Below the pieces are notes generated by a model. That model searched no databases, was not told the origin of the DNA, and saw only the letters and a list, made by a program, of their open reading frames with translations. DNA of 63,722 bases, counting the filler, from an uncultured Methanoregulaceae archaeon (GTDB lineage Archaea > Halobacteriota > Methanomicrobia > Methanomicrobiales > Methanospirillaceae), in the NCBI GenBank assembly GCA_964530035.1. It is 3 parts of 3 records of this genome, joined end to end, with 100 filler letters (N's around TTAATTAATTAA, not from the genome) between each part and the next. Parts side by side here need not be neighbours in the genome. Positions count along the whole stretch, not along the records: positions 1 to 25,796 come from CAZGXZ010000010.1; 2 more parts are not named here. The stretch is one strand, 5' to 3'. The position numbers were made by a program, and so were the translations under genes. Below are positions 1 through 11,234 of this stretch, piece by piece. The first letter of the stretch is position 1; each line of letters starts with the position of its first letter.

Positions 1-569
1 TAATACGTATCAGGGGTCGTTATGTTCCAGTAGCCCGGTGTCGGGACGTACATCGGGTCGACGTAGCTCCCACCTACTTTCGTATCGTTCAGTGGCGGGT
101 CAGGGTTGGAGGCGACCGCGAGGTCGAATGCCGCCTGGTTGAACCCTCCGCCGGTTGAAGATGGTGTTTCCGCTGTTCCAGGTGTGACTTCAACCGTTGG
201 TCCGGCGAGTGGTGATTGTGGCGTTTCCTCTAAAGGTGCCTGTGTAGGTTCCTCTGTTGGCGCTTCAGTCGGGGCCTCGGTTGGTACTTCCGTTGGAGGC
301 TGGGTGGTTTCAGCGGTTATTTCCCCGGTAGGTATTTCCGTTGGAATTTCCGTCGGGACTACCGTAGCGGCTTCCGTAGGGACATCCAGGGCTGCCTGAA
401 CAGGGGCCTCCGTAGGGGCCTCGGTTGGAACTTCAGTGGGCATCTCCGTGCCAGTATCAGTCCCTTCATCGGCGAAGACCGGTTCCAGGAGGACGGTGAA
501 AAAGATGCACACGATCAGTATTGCGAGGAGATAGCCATGGTCCGGCTCTCCGGTATTCTTTTTGGGCAT
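1..569 (-). CDS. 5' part of a large secreted surface protein, paralog of 997..4520; runs off the window edge and is absent from the ORF track
   Basis: Hand translation from ATG 569: MPKKNTGEPDHGYLLAILIVCIFFTVLLEPVFA-DEG (signal peptide), then a PTE-rich linker, then GGFNQAAFDLAVASNPDPPLN...GYWNITTPDTY. This matches GGFDAGAFAAAIASNPDPPLN...GFWNITTSDTY in the neighbouring gene. Confidence 0.85.
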   Translation of the reverse strand, partial: MPKKNTGEPDHGYLLAILIVCIFFTVLLEPVFADEGTDTGTEMPTEVPTEAPTEAPVQAALDVPTEAATVVPTEIPTEIPTGEITAETTQPPTEVPTEAPTEAPTEEPTQAPLEETPQSPLAGPTVEVTPGTAETPSSTGGGFNQAAFDLAVASNPDPPLNDTKVGGSYVDPMYVPTPGYWNITTPDTY

Positions 570-806
570 ACGGGTTACACCTTCCTGCTATCCGGAAAAA
601 GTCCGTTACTTCCGGGAAAGGAACCCTTGTGCCAGGGCCCCGTGATAGAAAAAGCGGGGGATCCCGATCAACCGTTCGTATCAGTCAGCCTGGAATGTTC
701 GGACGGTGATTTCATGGACATCATCATTCATACCCTGTTCAGGGACCCTTCACCGGGTGGCAGGACCTTCTGTCGGGATAGTATGATCACTCCCTATTTC
801 ATTGCT

Positions 807-897
807 CATTTAAGTTAATTTGCGATATATCCTTATTTTTCGATAAAAGGAGACATTATTGGCGACTGTTACCTCTCAACGCATGACCGCATTGTCA
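807..897 (-). promoter_or_regulatory. Putative TATA element plus TGAC-N6-GTCA dyad upstream of the 1..569 gene
   Basis: CATTTAAG at 807, TGTTACC at 867 and TGAC-cgcatt-GTCA at 884-897. The same motifs recur with the same spacing at 4744-4834. Confidence 0.55.
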
Positions 898-996
898 GGC
901 ATTGCCGCTTCTAAAATCTTTATATTGTACCCTGGGTTTCACGGGAACCCCGACATCGCTGGTGGAAAACAATCGGGAAAAAAGGAGGTTATCGGA

Positions 997-3900
997 TCAG
1001 TTACGCGGCTTGATCAGGTCCCTGAAGTTGAAGGACGGGGTCGGGATGAACCCGACCTGGGCCCTGAACGAGGTCACCATCGCGGATATGGTCGGCATCG
1101 GGCCGACATCCCCGAGGAAGGACGGGGCCTGCTGTTCAGTCACCTTGTTCGTGAACCGGTCGGTGGAGGGGAGCTTGCTTGCGGCAAACTCTGTTACCTG
1201 GCCACCACCGTTCACGACCTTCGTCGGGACCATCGTGAAGCGGTTCATGATGGTTGGCTTCGAGTAGGCCTTCTCGGTCAGTTTCTCGGTGGCCTTGTTC
1301 GTGTTCCCGACGACCAGCACCGGGAACTCGAGGATGCCGCCGCACCGGGTCTCGTTGTTAAAGACGAGCTGGTACTTGAGGACGTGCTCACCGTTGTCGT
1401 TCGTCGGGGCTGCCAGCTCGAAGAGGAACGGATGGACCATGCCACCGCAGCACTCGCCCTTCATCGGGATTACCGTCGGCCCGAACTTCTTTGCATCATC
1501 GTTGATCGGCGTGAGGTAGGTGTTGTTTGCATACCAGCAGCCGGTGCAGGTGTTCCATGCCGTTGCATTCACCCAGAAGACCTGGCCGGGTGCTACCTGC
1601 CTGGGTGCCGTCACATTCATCCACGAGGCGTTGCAGCAGGGCTTGATGTCCGGGAAGGTGAGCGGCGGGATGACAAGGGCCGGGTTGTAGGGCTGTTGTG
1701 GGGTGGGGGGAGTCGTTGTTTCCTCGATAATGACACCACACGTTTTCCCTGTGGGTACCCATTCGCAACCTTCGGTTGACACTTCTTCAGGCTTCTTCTT
1801 GATGGATTCAGCCACTCTGGCAGTATTGCAGGTTAATTTATACTCAACACCATCGACGCATTTGATTTCATTGATGGTACCGCAGGCGTTATCGGTGGGT
1901 GTATCCGTTGTAGTTCCGTCGGGGTGGAGACAGATATGATGCACGTAACCGTCGTCATTGCAGACGTCGTTACAGATGTCATCACACTGGACACCCGTTT
2001 CTACCCATACAGTTCCCGTATAGCGTTCCTGCATATGGGACTGTTCGTTGCACCTGAGGGCTCCCTCACAAGGTACGCCGGTCTCTACCCATGCGGTTCC
2101 CGTATAGCGTTCCTGCATATGGGACTGTTCGTTGCACCTGAGAGCTCCCTCGCAAGGTACGCCCGTTTCTACCCATACGGTTCCCGTATAGCGTTCCTGC
2201 ATATGGGACTGTTCGTTGCACCTGAGGGCCCCCTCGCAAGGTACGCCCGTTTCTACCCATACGGTTCCCGTATAGCGTTCCTGCANNNNNNNNNNNNNNN
2301 NNNNNNNNNNNNNNNNNNNNNNNNNNNNNNNNNNNNNNNNNNNNNNNNNNNNNNNNNNNNNNNNNNNNNNNNNNNNNNNNNNNNNCATACGGTTCCCGTA
2401 TAGCGTTCCTGCATATGGGACTGTTCGTTGCACCTGAGAGTACCCTCACAAGGTCCGCCCTTTACCCAGTGGCAAGCGGGACAGTCATCACACTCAGGAA
2501 CCTTTGTTGTACAGGTATAAGTGTAGACATACCCGTCGATGCACATAGTCTGACCTTCCATTGGGTTGGTCGGACAATCACCACCAGGGCAATCGGTATC
2601 AAGCTTATTTTTATTCTTTAATGGGGTTGCTTCTGTATTGTCGAGGTCGGTGTCGCCATCCTGATCGATTGTGTATGGATATGATGACGGGCAATTATAC
2701 TCGTATTCCCTGCAAGACCCGCTGGACCAATATCTAACACAGACCTGCGTACAGGAAGCTCCGTATGACCCACTTGGCCTGGTATCACAATAGCCATTGT
2801 GGTCATTATCTACACAGGAAGGTCGATCACAGTAGCCATCATTGTTCGTGTCCTGGCAGTTTTCAGAGTATCCATATTTATTGGATCCATCGATTGCCCA
2901 GTAGTTACCATTCCAGTAATTATTGGGATTGGACCCGGATAATTTCGCGTTGAGAGCGTTATCGCTGCTACCAGTGTTCTTCTGGAGGAAATAGTTCGAA
3001 GTAAACTGCGAGTCTGATACGTCATGGAGATCCAGGTTAGTATTGGAACTCCTGCTTACGCTGTTGTTGGCCACGGTGGCATGATCAACATCTGTTAACG
3101 ATATCCCAATACCCGAGTTGCCCTGGATGTCATAGATGTTGTTTCTATAGAGGGTTGTATCAGAACTTCCCGAAACAGCAACACCGTTTGCTCCGGTATT
3201 ATCTGGGCATTCATACTGGGTTTCCGATTTTGTGCAATGACCCCACTTGTCATATTTAACACAAACCGATACCGGGGTACAAGTCAGGCCTGGAATTTGG
3301 GGATTTTCATCACAGTAGCCGTTATTATCCTTATCATCGCAAAGACCCGCGTTCCCTGTACCTCTGATATCATAGATAGTGTTACAGGTCAGGTTCGTTG
3401 AATCGGAGTCGGTTACCTTGATGCCGGTGATTTTTGCATTACCCGAACCACTCAGACCATGGATCTTATTATTGATAAGCTCGGTATTGGTTGACAAACC
3501 TGTTACGGCAATTCCATTGATTTGCCCCTCGCCGTGGATGCCGGATATTTCGCTGTTCCATATCTGGGTGTTTTGTGAATTCTGGACCAGGACGCCAGTC
3601 CAGTCATTCTTGTCTGCATTGTTTCCCTGGGCGTCTGCAATATTTGCATTGTTCACCAGGACATCCCTTGAGTCCTGAACGACAATACCCTTATCTGCAG
3701 CACCTATTGTCACCCCATCGACGAGCCCGTTGAGGACATTGACCAACTGGATACCGACACTCCATTTCTGAAGCGCGAGGTCTGAAATCCCGACATTTTG
3801 GAGTTCACCACCAGATGGATCAGAGACAATTACTCCGATTCCCGATCCATCACCTGTGAGTGTTTTTCCATTACCATTTAAGAGCACATTTGAGGCCTGG

Positions 3901-4520
3901 ATCCATATCCCCCAAAGTCCGTCAAGACTCCAATCTTTCTCCAGATAATAGGTATCCGAGGTAGTGATGTTCCAGAACCCTCCCCCTGTCGGCGTTGAAT
4001 CCTTTGGAACCATATTGCCCGCATTTAACGGTGGGTCGGGGTTCGAGGCAATCGCTGCTGCGAACGCCCCCGCATCAAATCCACCATTGCCCGAAGCCGC
4101 TGTTTCAGTCGGAGCTGGTGTCACTTCCGATGTCGGTGCCGCTGAGAGCAGCGCCTGGGTCGGCTCTTCCGTTGGTTCTTCGGTGGGTTCTGCAGTAGGC
4201 TCCTCAGTAGGCTCGGCGTTCAAGGGAGCCAGGGTCGGCAGTTCTACCGTCGGGGCCAGGGTCGGGACCGTGATCTCTCCTGTTGTCGTTTGTTCAGGAG
4301 GTGCCTGTGTCGGTTCACCGCTCGGGACCTGCGTAGGCTGTTGTGTAGGTGCCTGGGTCTCTTCGACGGTCGGGGGAGCTTCAGTTACTTCCGTGGTCGG
4401 CTCCGTTGTTCCCGCCCCGTCATCGGCCGCGACAGGGCTGACAAATGCTGCAATGCACAGTACGGCAAGGAAAAGCGCAATGCAAACAGGGACGAATTCC
4501 TTGATCTCTCTCAGGGTCAT
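997..4520 (-). CDS. Large secreted surface protein: PT/E linker, parallel beta-helix (NosD-like), DxDxxG Ca-binding-like motifs, Cys-containing 28-aa repeats and an Ig-like C-terminal domain; spans an assembly gap
   Basis: ORFs 2253..4520 and 997..2433 continue the same repeat on both sides of the 100-N gap. Signal peptide ends in VAA-DD. Beta-helix repeats; DKDNNGYCD, DTNNDGYCD and DNDHNGYCD motifs. Confidence 0.8.
1993..2453 (-). repeat. 84-bp coding tandem repeat (CEGALRCNEQSHMQERYTGTVWVETGVP), at least 4 copies, interrupted by gap 2286-2385
   Basis: TAGCGTTCCTGCA recurs at 2021, 2105, 2189 and 2273 (84-bp period) and again at 2401 after the gap. Confidence 0.95.
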
Positions 4521-4743
4521 GGTAGATCCTCAACAATGTCTATCCACATGGCCCGGGAGAGCCGGGAAAGGGGATTAGCGGACCGGTGGGGGTCCCGGAA
4601 AAAGAAACCGGATCAGCAGGCCGCGCGAGGATTTTCCGCTGCCTGGTATGCTGGTTTCACACCATTCTTCCGGGAATGGTCCGCGTCACCCCTCCCGGTG
4701 CCAGGACCGGCAGGGATAGGATGAAAATGATGTTTTCGCTGAG

Positions 4744-4834
4744 CATTTAAGAGAATTTGCAAGATATTGTGGTATTTCATTAAAATAACTCATCAGTGTT
4801 GATTGTTACCCCTCAATACCTGACATCAATGTCA
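4744..4834 (-). promoter_or_regulatory. Putative TATA element plus TGAC-N6-GTCA dyad upstream of the 997..4520 gene
   Basis: CATTTAAG at 4744, TGTTACC at 4804 and TGAC-atcaat-GTCA at 4821-4834. Offsets of +60 and +77 are identical to the 807-897 copy. Confidence 0.55.
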
Positions 4835-5060
4835 CCCATTGGCATTTTGTAAACTATACCTTCCTTTTTGTACAGAATAAACAATTAAAACGAATCGGTT
4901 TTTAAAACGAACTGGTAACGAGGCTTGCCAGGGCCCGGAACTCACCTCAGATCCCCTCAAAACAAATCACTGGTACGGTTCAGGAGCCGGGTTTATGTAC
5001 CGTATTGGCGTTCCCTGATCTCCCCTCGAAATGACCTGAAAAATGGGCGGATTCCGGCCG

Positions 5061-6287
5061 TTACACTACCTTCGCGTCGTCTGCCGGCTGTTCCTGGACC
5101 GGGATCTCCTCCACCCGCCGCTCGATCATCTCGAGCGCCCAGAACGCCGCCTTCCTGACCGCCGTGTTCTTGTCGCGCATCGCCATGTTGAGGGCATCGA
5201 CCGCGGACGCGTCGCCGGCCTCGCCGAGGAGGAGGGCCGAGCGTTTCCTGATGTCCGGGCTCTCGTCCCGGAGCGACTCGACGAGGAGCGGGACGGACGG
5301 TGCCCCGATCATCCAGAGCGACTCCATCGCACCGTACCGGGCGAGCGGCTCCCCGGCCTTGAACGCCTCCATGAGCGGGCCGGTTGCAGGGCCTTTCATG
5401 CCGGCGAGCGCCTTGACCACCTCGCGCCTGACCTGGCGGTCCGGGTCGTTCAACGCCCTGATAAGGGACGGGATTGCCCTCTGGTCCCTGATATGGCCGA
5501 GTATCGAGGCAGATCCCTTTCGAATGGCAGGGTTCGTCGCTTCGAGCCCCTCGATCAGCGGGCCTACGGAGGCCTGCCCGATCTGGACGAGGGCGAAGGA
5601 GGCCCGCTCCGGGACCTCGGGCTGGTCGGACACGAGAGCCTGGATGAGCGGGTCGATGGCGGGAGAGCCGAGGGAGACGATGGTCTTCACGGCCTCGTTC
5701 CTCACCTGGCCGTACGGGTCGGACAATAGGTCGATCAGGGGATCGATCGCGACAGGGTCGCCGATAGTACCGAGGGCCCGGGCCGCCTCCTCCCGGACGT
5801 GACGGTCGTCGTCCCGGAGGGCGCGGATGATGAGGTCGGTCGCCTGGGCTTCGCGCAGGTTGCCGAGCGCCTCGATGACACCCTGCCTGATGAGCGGGCT
5901 TGAATTCCCGGCCTCTCTCAACAAGGGCTCGACGGCAGGAGTGCCGATGGCTGACAGGGCCCGCATGACCTCCTGCCTCGTGTCCTCACGGGAGTCGTCG
6001 AGGGCCGAGATGAGGGGCATCACGGCAGGTGCCCCGAACGAGACCAGGGTGTTCCCCGCCTCCCGCCTGATGATCCAGTAGTCGTCCCGGAGCGCCCGAA
6101 TCAGGGGGTCGATGAACGCCTCGCCGAGCTCTCCGACCGCCCTGATCGCATGCCAGCGGTCGTCAACGTCGCCGTATGTCAGTGCCTTGAGGACGCTTTC
6201 TGAATAGTCCCCATGATTGGGCGACCCGTCGCGGTCACCAGGACCATCAGGGCGTCTCCGCCTGAATATTGACCCCATGCCACTCAT
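5061..6287 (-). CDS. HEAT/PBS-lyase repeat protein
   Basis: Many LIxALxDxDxxVRxxAAxALG repeats. Confidence 0.9.
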   Translation of the reverse strand: MSGMGSIFRRRRPDGPGDRDGSPNHGDYSESVLKALTYGDVDDRWHAIRAVGELGEAFIDPLIRALRDDYWIIRREAGNTLVSFGAPAVMPLISALDDSREDTRQEVMRALSAIGTPAVEPLLREAGNSSPLIRQGVIEALGNLREAQATDLIIRALRDDDRHVREEAARALGTIGDPVAIDPLIDLLSDPYGQVRNEAVKTIVSLGSPAIDPLIQALVSDQPEVPERASFALVQIGQASVGPLIEGLEATNPAIRKGSASILGHIRDQRAIPSLIRALNDPDRQVRREVVKALAGMKGPATGPLMEAFKAGEPLARYGAMESLWMIGAPSVPLLVESLRDESPDIRKRSALLLGEAGDASAVDALNMAMRDKNTAVRKAAFWALEMIERRVEEIPVQEQPADDAKVV

Positions 6288-6395
6288 CCGCTCACCGTTT
6301 TGAAAATCTATCTCATATAAGGTAATAATAGGTATCGCCCCCGCGGGGGTTTTTGCCCGGATTTCCGGGCGGAGACCGGCAGGAAGGAGTGGAGG

Positions 6396-7301
6396 TCAGG
6401 TGAGGGCCGCGGCAATGCCAGCTACCGCACGGGCGAGTTCCCTGCTCTTCTTTTCATCGACCATGAGTGTATCGAGCCGAGACGCCCCCGGGACCTCCGT
6501 GGTGTCGCGGATGTCCTGGACGAAGACGTCAACAAAGTCCCGGTAGAGTCCATGGACTCCCGCCGAGGACGGCTCGAGCTGCCGCGCCCGCATGAGGTCG
6601 GCTGCGGGGCCCGAGACCGGGCGGTCTCCGATGAACGGGCTGATGGCAATCACGGGTTTCGTCTCCAGGACCTCGGCTACCCCCTCACATTCTAAGATAG
6701 GCAGGATGCTGGTCACCGGGTTGCTCGGTCCCAGGATGACCGCATCAGCACCCTGGAGTGCCGCTATCACCTCCGGGGTGGCTTTTTGGGGTTCCTGGAC
6801 GCTCCGCAGGACCTCAAGGACTGGCACGGACCCCCGGTGCCTCACCCAGTACTCCTGGAAATGCATCATCCCCCCTGGGGTCTTCACCATGGTGGAGACG
6901 GGGGTGTCGCACATCGGGAGCACGGTGGTCTTCACGTCAAATGCCTCCGCTACCCGCCGCGTAGCCGCCGTCAGGCTGAGCCCGGCCTTCAGCATGTCCG
7001 CCCGGGCGATGTGGGTCGCCCGGTCCCGGTCGCCGACGGTGATGAAATACTCGTCCCCGAACCTCGCCAGCGCCCGGTGGGTTTCAAACGTGTCCCCCCG
7101 GATCCCCCACCAGGTGTCGGTGTCGAGGATCCCCGCACAGAGGTAAATGACCGTGTCGATGTCGGGTGAGAGGTGGTTTCCGCCATACCAGAGGTCCTCG
7201 GCGGTATTGACGACAACGGCCAGGTCTTCGGCAGGATACCCGGCGAGAAAGCCCATCAGCAGCTTGGGTGTGCCGGTCCCGCCCGAAAGGAACGCAAACA
7301 T
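6396..7301 (-). CDS. cofD: 2-phospho-L-lactate transferase (F420 biosynthesis)
   Basis: [33 protein letters not shown] and GPSNPVTSI motifs. Confidence 0.95.
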   Translation of the reverse strand: MFAFLSGGTGTPKLLMGFLAGYPAEDLAVVVNTAEDLWYGGNHLSPDIDTVIYLCAGILDTDTWWGIRGDTFETHRALARFGDEYFITVGDRDRATHIARADMLKAGLSLTAATRRVAEAFDVKTTVLPMCDTPVSTMVKTPGGMMHFQEYWVRHRGSVPVLEVLRSVQEPQKATPEVIAALQGADAVILGPSNPVTSILPILECEGVAEVLETKPVIAISPFIGDRPVSGPAADLMRARQLEPSSAGVHGLYRDFVDVFVQDIRDTTEVPGASRLDTLMVDEKKSRELARAVAGIAAALT

Positions 7302-7359
7302 ACCGTATATATTATCCGCTGCACTGATATGCTAGCATTCAGGACGACGCAGGACTGCG

Positions 7360-8565
7360 ATGAAGATCATCAAGGACCCGGTCCACGGCTATATCGAGGC
7401 TCCCCCCGGGATAGTCCCGGTCATAGACCTCCCGGTTATTCAGCGGCTGCGGCACGTGAAGCAGCTCGGGTTTTCCTTTCTCGTCTATCCGGGGGCGAAC
7501 CATTCCCGGTTCGAACACTCCCTCGGGACGATGCACCTTGCCCGCCTTGTCTGCCGTGAGGCGGACATCCCAGGGCGGGACGAGACCGGGGTGGTCGCCG
7601 CCGCCCTCCTCCACGATATCGGGCACGGCCCCTTTTCCCATGCCTCAGAGGGGCTTATGGCAGAGCTGCTGGGGAAGGAGCACATGGACATCCGCGGGCT
7701 CCTCGCTGCGTCCCCCCTGCGTGATGCACTCGATGACCTGTCGCTCCCGGTCGACGAGATAGCCTGTCTCGTCAACGGGACGCACCCCCTGGCAGGGATC
7801 CTCCATGGAGAGCTCGACGTCGACAGGATGGACTACCTGCTCCGCGACGCGCATTACACGGGAGCTCCCTACGGGACCGTTGATGCCGAACGGCTGGTCC
7901 GCTCCCTCATCCCCGGGGACCAGGGGTTCCTCCTTGACGAGAACGGTGTCCAGGCGGCCGAGTCCCTCCTGATCGCCCGGACCCTGATGCGCCCGGCCGT
8001 CTATTACCACCATGTGAGCCGGATCGCCGAGCAGATGTTCATGCTGAGTCTCTCCCGGTACCTCGAGGCCTGCCCCGGGGAGAGGGAACACGCGTTCCGC
8101 TGGGACGACTGCTTCTGCATGCAGCGGCTCACCCAGTCCCCCGACCCCGTCGTCCGCGAGCTCTCCATGCGGCTGTATGAACGAAGGCTGTACAAGCGGG
8201 CCCTGTATGCCGGCCAGAACGAGGTGAACGCCAGGAGCCTCCGCGACAGGGTCCCGTACCGGGAAAGCCGCAGGCTCGCACGGGAGATCGCAGAAACCGC
8301 CGGTGTCGCGGAGCATGAGGTCCTGGTCGACATCCCCCCGGTCCCGCATGACATGACCATGGGTGTCATGGTGCAGAACCGGCACTCGGTCATGACCCTC
8401 TCCGAGGTCTCACCCCTTGTCGGGACCCTCAACGAGACACGCCGCGGCCAGTGGAGACTCGGGGTCTACTGCCCTCCCGCCTACCGCGGCCCGGTGGGTG
8501 AGGCTGCACGGGAGGTCCTCCACGTCCACCCGATCACCCTGCAGGACAGGCTCCCCCTCGACTGA
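7360..8565 (+). CDS. HD-domain phosphohydrolase (SAMHD1/dNTPase-like)
   Basis: DPVHG, QRLRHVKQLG, HSRFEHSLG, LLHDIGHGPFSH and DVDRMDYL motifs. Confidence 0.92.
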   Translation: MKIIKDPVHGYIEAPPGIVPVIDLPVIQRLRHVKQLGFSFLVYPGANHSRFEHSLGTMHLARLVCREADIPGRDETGVVAAALLHDIGHGPFSHASEGLMAELLGKEHMDIRGLLAASPLRDALDDLSLPVDEIACLVNGTHPLAGILHGELDVDRMDYLLRDAHYTGAPYGTVDAERLVRSLIPGDQGFLLDENGVQAAESLLIARTLMRPAVYYHHVSRIAEQMFMLSLSRYLEACPGEREHAFRWDDCFCMQRLTQSPDPVVRELSMRLYERRLYKRALYAGQNEVNARSLRDRVPYRESRRLAREIAETAGVAEHEVLVDIPPVPHDMTMGVMVQNRHSVMTLSEVSPLVGTLNETRRGQWRLGVYCPPAYRGPVGEAAREVLHVHPITLQDRLPLD

Positions 8566-8783
8566 AAAAGAGTGAGAACCACCATTTTCATGCCATACAG
8601 GGGAAGATAACTCCATATGGCCGCGCATTCACATCCCTTCACTAGGGCATCCCTGGCCGCGCCGGCCCGGGCACCCTGTCCCCCCCAGGCGGGTTCATAT
8701 ACCTATTTAAATTCCCAACGTGACATCACTCATAAAAGGAGCCTGTTCGAGCCGACAGGCTGTACCTGCAGAGGAAAAAAAAT

Positions 8784-9227
8784 ATGAACGAGGATGTTAT
8801 ACTTGTCCTGGTGGTCGCAGCCGTGATGGCAGGGGTCGCCATAGCGGTTTACTGGTCGGGAAAACGACGGGAGATCGCGCTCGTCGAGGCGAGGTACCGC
8901 TTTGACCTCTACGGCGAGCTCTTCGACGCGATGACCGACCTCAACCGGTCGACCGGGGACGATTACAAGCTTTCGCGTGCAAAGGCCCGGCTTGCCCGCT
9001 CATTGAACCGTATCAACCTCTGTGCAGGGCCTCAGGTCCTTTCACACGTGAACGAACTTCTGGACTTTCTCAACCAGCACCGGGACCGCGAGTTCGATGT
9101 CACCCGTCTTTCTGCGATATGCAACGGCCTTGTCCTCGCCATCCGCAGGGAGGCGAAAGACCCTGGTGCCAGGGAGCTCGAGGCACAGAAGGCGCGTTTC
9201 AGGTTCTATATCCCCCCGCGGAAGTAA
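8784..9227 (+). CDS. Hypothetical protein with N-terminal membrane anchor
   Basis: Hydrophobic N-terminal helix followed by a helical soluble domain; TTTAAA TATA-like element upstream near 8706. Confidence 0.7.
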   Translation: MNEDVILVLVVAAVMAGVAIAVYWSGKRREIALVEARYRFDLYGELFDAMTDLNRSTGDDYKLSRAKARLARSLNRINLCAGPQVLSHVNELLDFLNQHRDREFDVTRLSAICNGLVLAIRREAKDPGARELEAQKARFRFYIPPRK

Positions 9228-9451
9228 CGGGAAATAAAGTCAGGGACAAACGACATCCCCTTTTTTACCGGTCCCCGTTCCTCTCGTGGCTCACCCGGGC
9301 GAACATGACATCTCTTCCGGCCAGATACCGTCCAGGGCCGTCCCGCGATGAGGAAGATGATGAGCTTTGAAAACAAACGGTCTATCAGGAGCCTCATGAT
9401 GAAGGACGTGGATGGATGGCCGGCCGCCGGACCGGCAGGAAGGGGGCCGCG

Positions 9452-10006
9452 GTGACCCGGCGCTTTGTTATTGGCGTCACCGGGGCGAGCGGCATGGCTT
9501 ATGCCCGCCGCCTGCTGGAGGTCCTCACACCCGCCGCCGAGGTACACATCGTGATATCCGACATTGCGCGTCCGATTGCCGTCCATGAGCAGGTCCGCCT
9601 GGACGGTTTCCCGGCGAAGTACCACGGTCAGTCGGACCTTGCCGCGGAGGTGGCCAGCGGGTCGTTCCGCTACGATGGCATGGCGGTCGTCCCGTGCAGC
9701 ATGAAGACGCTCTCCGCGGTCGCCTCCGGGTTTTCAGACAACCTGATCACCAGGGCTGCTGATGTATGCCTGAAGGAGAAAAGGCCCTGTGTCCTCCTGT
9801 TGAGGGAGATGCCGCTTTCCAGGGTCCACCTGAAAAACATGCTCGCAGCAGACGAGGCGGGGGCAACCGTCATGGTCGCCAGTCCGCCGTTCTACAACAG
9901 GCCGAGGACCATAGCAGACCTCGTCGATGGCGTCGTGGCACGTGTCCTCGACCACCTGGGGGTCGAAAACGACCTCTTTCCCCCTTGGGGTGGTTTTAAT
10001 GCGTGA
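9452..10006 (+). CDS. ubiX: Flavin prenyltransferase UbiX
   Basis: GVTGASG, VASGS, VPCSMKTL, RAADVCLKE and REMP motifs; GTG start at 9452 preferred. Confidence 0.93.
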   Translation: MTRRFVIGVTGASGMAYARRLLEVLTPAAEVHIVISDIARPIAVHEQVRLDGFPAKYHGQSDLAAEVASGSFRYDGMAVVPCSMKTLSAVASGFSDNLITRAADVCLKEKRPCVLLLREMPLSRVHLKNMLAADEAGATVMVASPPFYNRPRTIADLVDGVVARVLDHLGVENDLFPPWGGFNA

Positions 10007-11234
10007 GTTTATCGAAAGGATGCGTGCGAGGAGCCGGGTTGTGGACGTGGAGGAGGAGTGCTCGCCCGTCCTTGAGGCGCCAAAAAGGGCTGCGGAGACG
10101 GGGAAGTTGCTCTATTTCCATAATCTGGGCGGAATGCGCGGGGTCATGAACGTGACCGCGGACAGGAGCTCGCTGGCCCTTGCACTCGGCATACCCGAAG
10201 GGGACCTCCTCCGGAAACTTGCTGCCTGCACGTACAACGGAAAGGTCGTTGACGATGGGTCCATTCCCATGGGCAGTCCCGACCTGTCCCGGATCCCGGT
10301 CATGAAACACTACCCGAAGGACGCCGGGGCATACCTGACCTCGGCCATCGTCTTCTCGGCATATGGCGGGGTCCAGAACGCCTCCATTCACCGCATGATG
10401 GTCCTTGACAGGACCCGTGTCGCCGCGAGGCTCGTCGAGGGGCGGCACACGTACAACCTCCTGAAGGCGGCCCTCGCCGATGGCAACCGTCTCCCGGTCG
10501 CCGTCACCATAGGCACCCACCCGCTCGTCACGTTCGCATCCTGCAGCCGTGTACCTGAGGGTAAGGAGATGCCGTTTGCTGCCGAACTCCTCGGCGGGGA
10601 GATACGGGTGAAGACCTGCAGGAATGGCATCAGCGTCCCGGATGCCGAGATTATCCTTGAGGGATACATCGGCGGCGACCTCGTGGACGAAGGGCCGTTC
10701 GTCGATATCACCGGGACCTACGATATCGTCAGGAGGCAGCCGGTCATTGAGTTTACCGGCATGTACATGAAGCCGGACCCGATCTACCACGGGATACTCC
10801 CGGGTGGCGAGGAACATAAGATCCTCATGGGCACACCGTACGAACCTCTCATCTACAAGGCCGTCGCAGGGGTCACGGGCGTAAAGGATGTCGTACTGAC
10901 CAGCGGGGGGTGCGGGTACCTCCACGCCGTGATCCAGGTGAGGAAACGCACCCAGGGCGATGCGAAGAATGCCATCATGGCGGCCTTCGCGGCGCATACG
11001 TCCTTGAAGCACATCGTGGTCGTGGACGAGGACATCGACCCGAAGAACCCTGTCGATGTCGAGTATGCCATGGCGACCCGCGTCCGCGGCGACCGTGACA
11101 TCATGGTCATAACCGGCGTCCGCGGCTCGTCCCTCGACCCGACCATCTGCGGAGACAGGACCAACGTGAAGGTCGGGGTAGATGCGACCATGGTGATGGG
11201 CCACGAGGACGAGTTCATCAGGGCCACGTGGTGA
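9999..11234 (+). CDS. ubiD: UbiD-family decarboxylase, probably anhydromevalonate phosphate decarboxylase
   Basis: NASIHR, EGPFVDITGTYD and VVVDEDID motifs; overlaps the ubiX stop and sits next to acnX. Confidence 0.88.
   Translation: MREFIERMRARSRVVDVEEECSPVLEAPKRAAETGKLLYFHNLGGMRGVMNVTADRSSLALALGIPEGDLLRKLAACTYNGKVVDDGSIPMGSPDLSRIPVMKHYPKDAGAYLTSAIVFSAYGGVQNASIHRMMVLDRTRVAARLVEGRHTYNLLKAALADGNRLPVAVTIGTHPLVTFASCSRVPEGKEMPFAAELLGGEIRVKTCRNGISVPDAEIILEGYIGGDLVDEGPFVDITGTYDIVRRQPVIEFTGMYMKPDPIYHGILPGGEEHKILMGTPYEPLIYKAVAGVTGVKDVVLTSGGCGYLHAVIQVRKRTQGDAKNAIMAAFAAHTSLKHIVVVDEDIDPKNPVDVEYAMATRVRGDRDIMVITGVRGSSLDPTICGDRTNVKVGVDATMVMGHEDEFIRATW

Noticed and set aside
2253..2433. Frameshift or pseudogene in the large surface protein (likewise the protease at 17934-18033)
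   Set aside because: The frame change coincides with a placeholder 100-N gap inside a tandem repeat.
1993..2453. Possible CRISPR array
   Set aside because: Units are contiguous 84-bp in-frame coding repeats with no unique spacers, and no cas genes are present.
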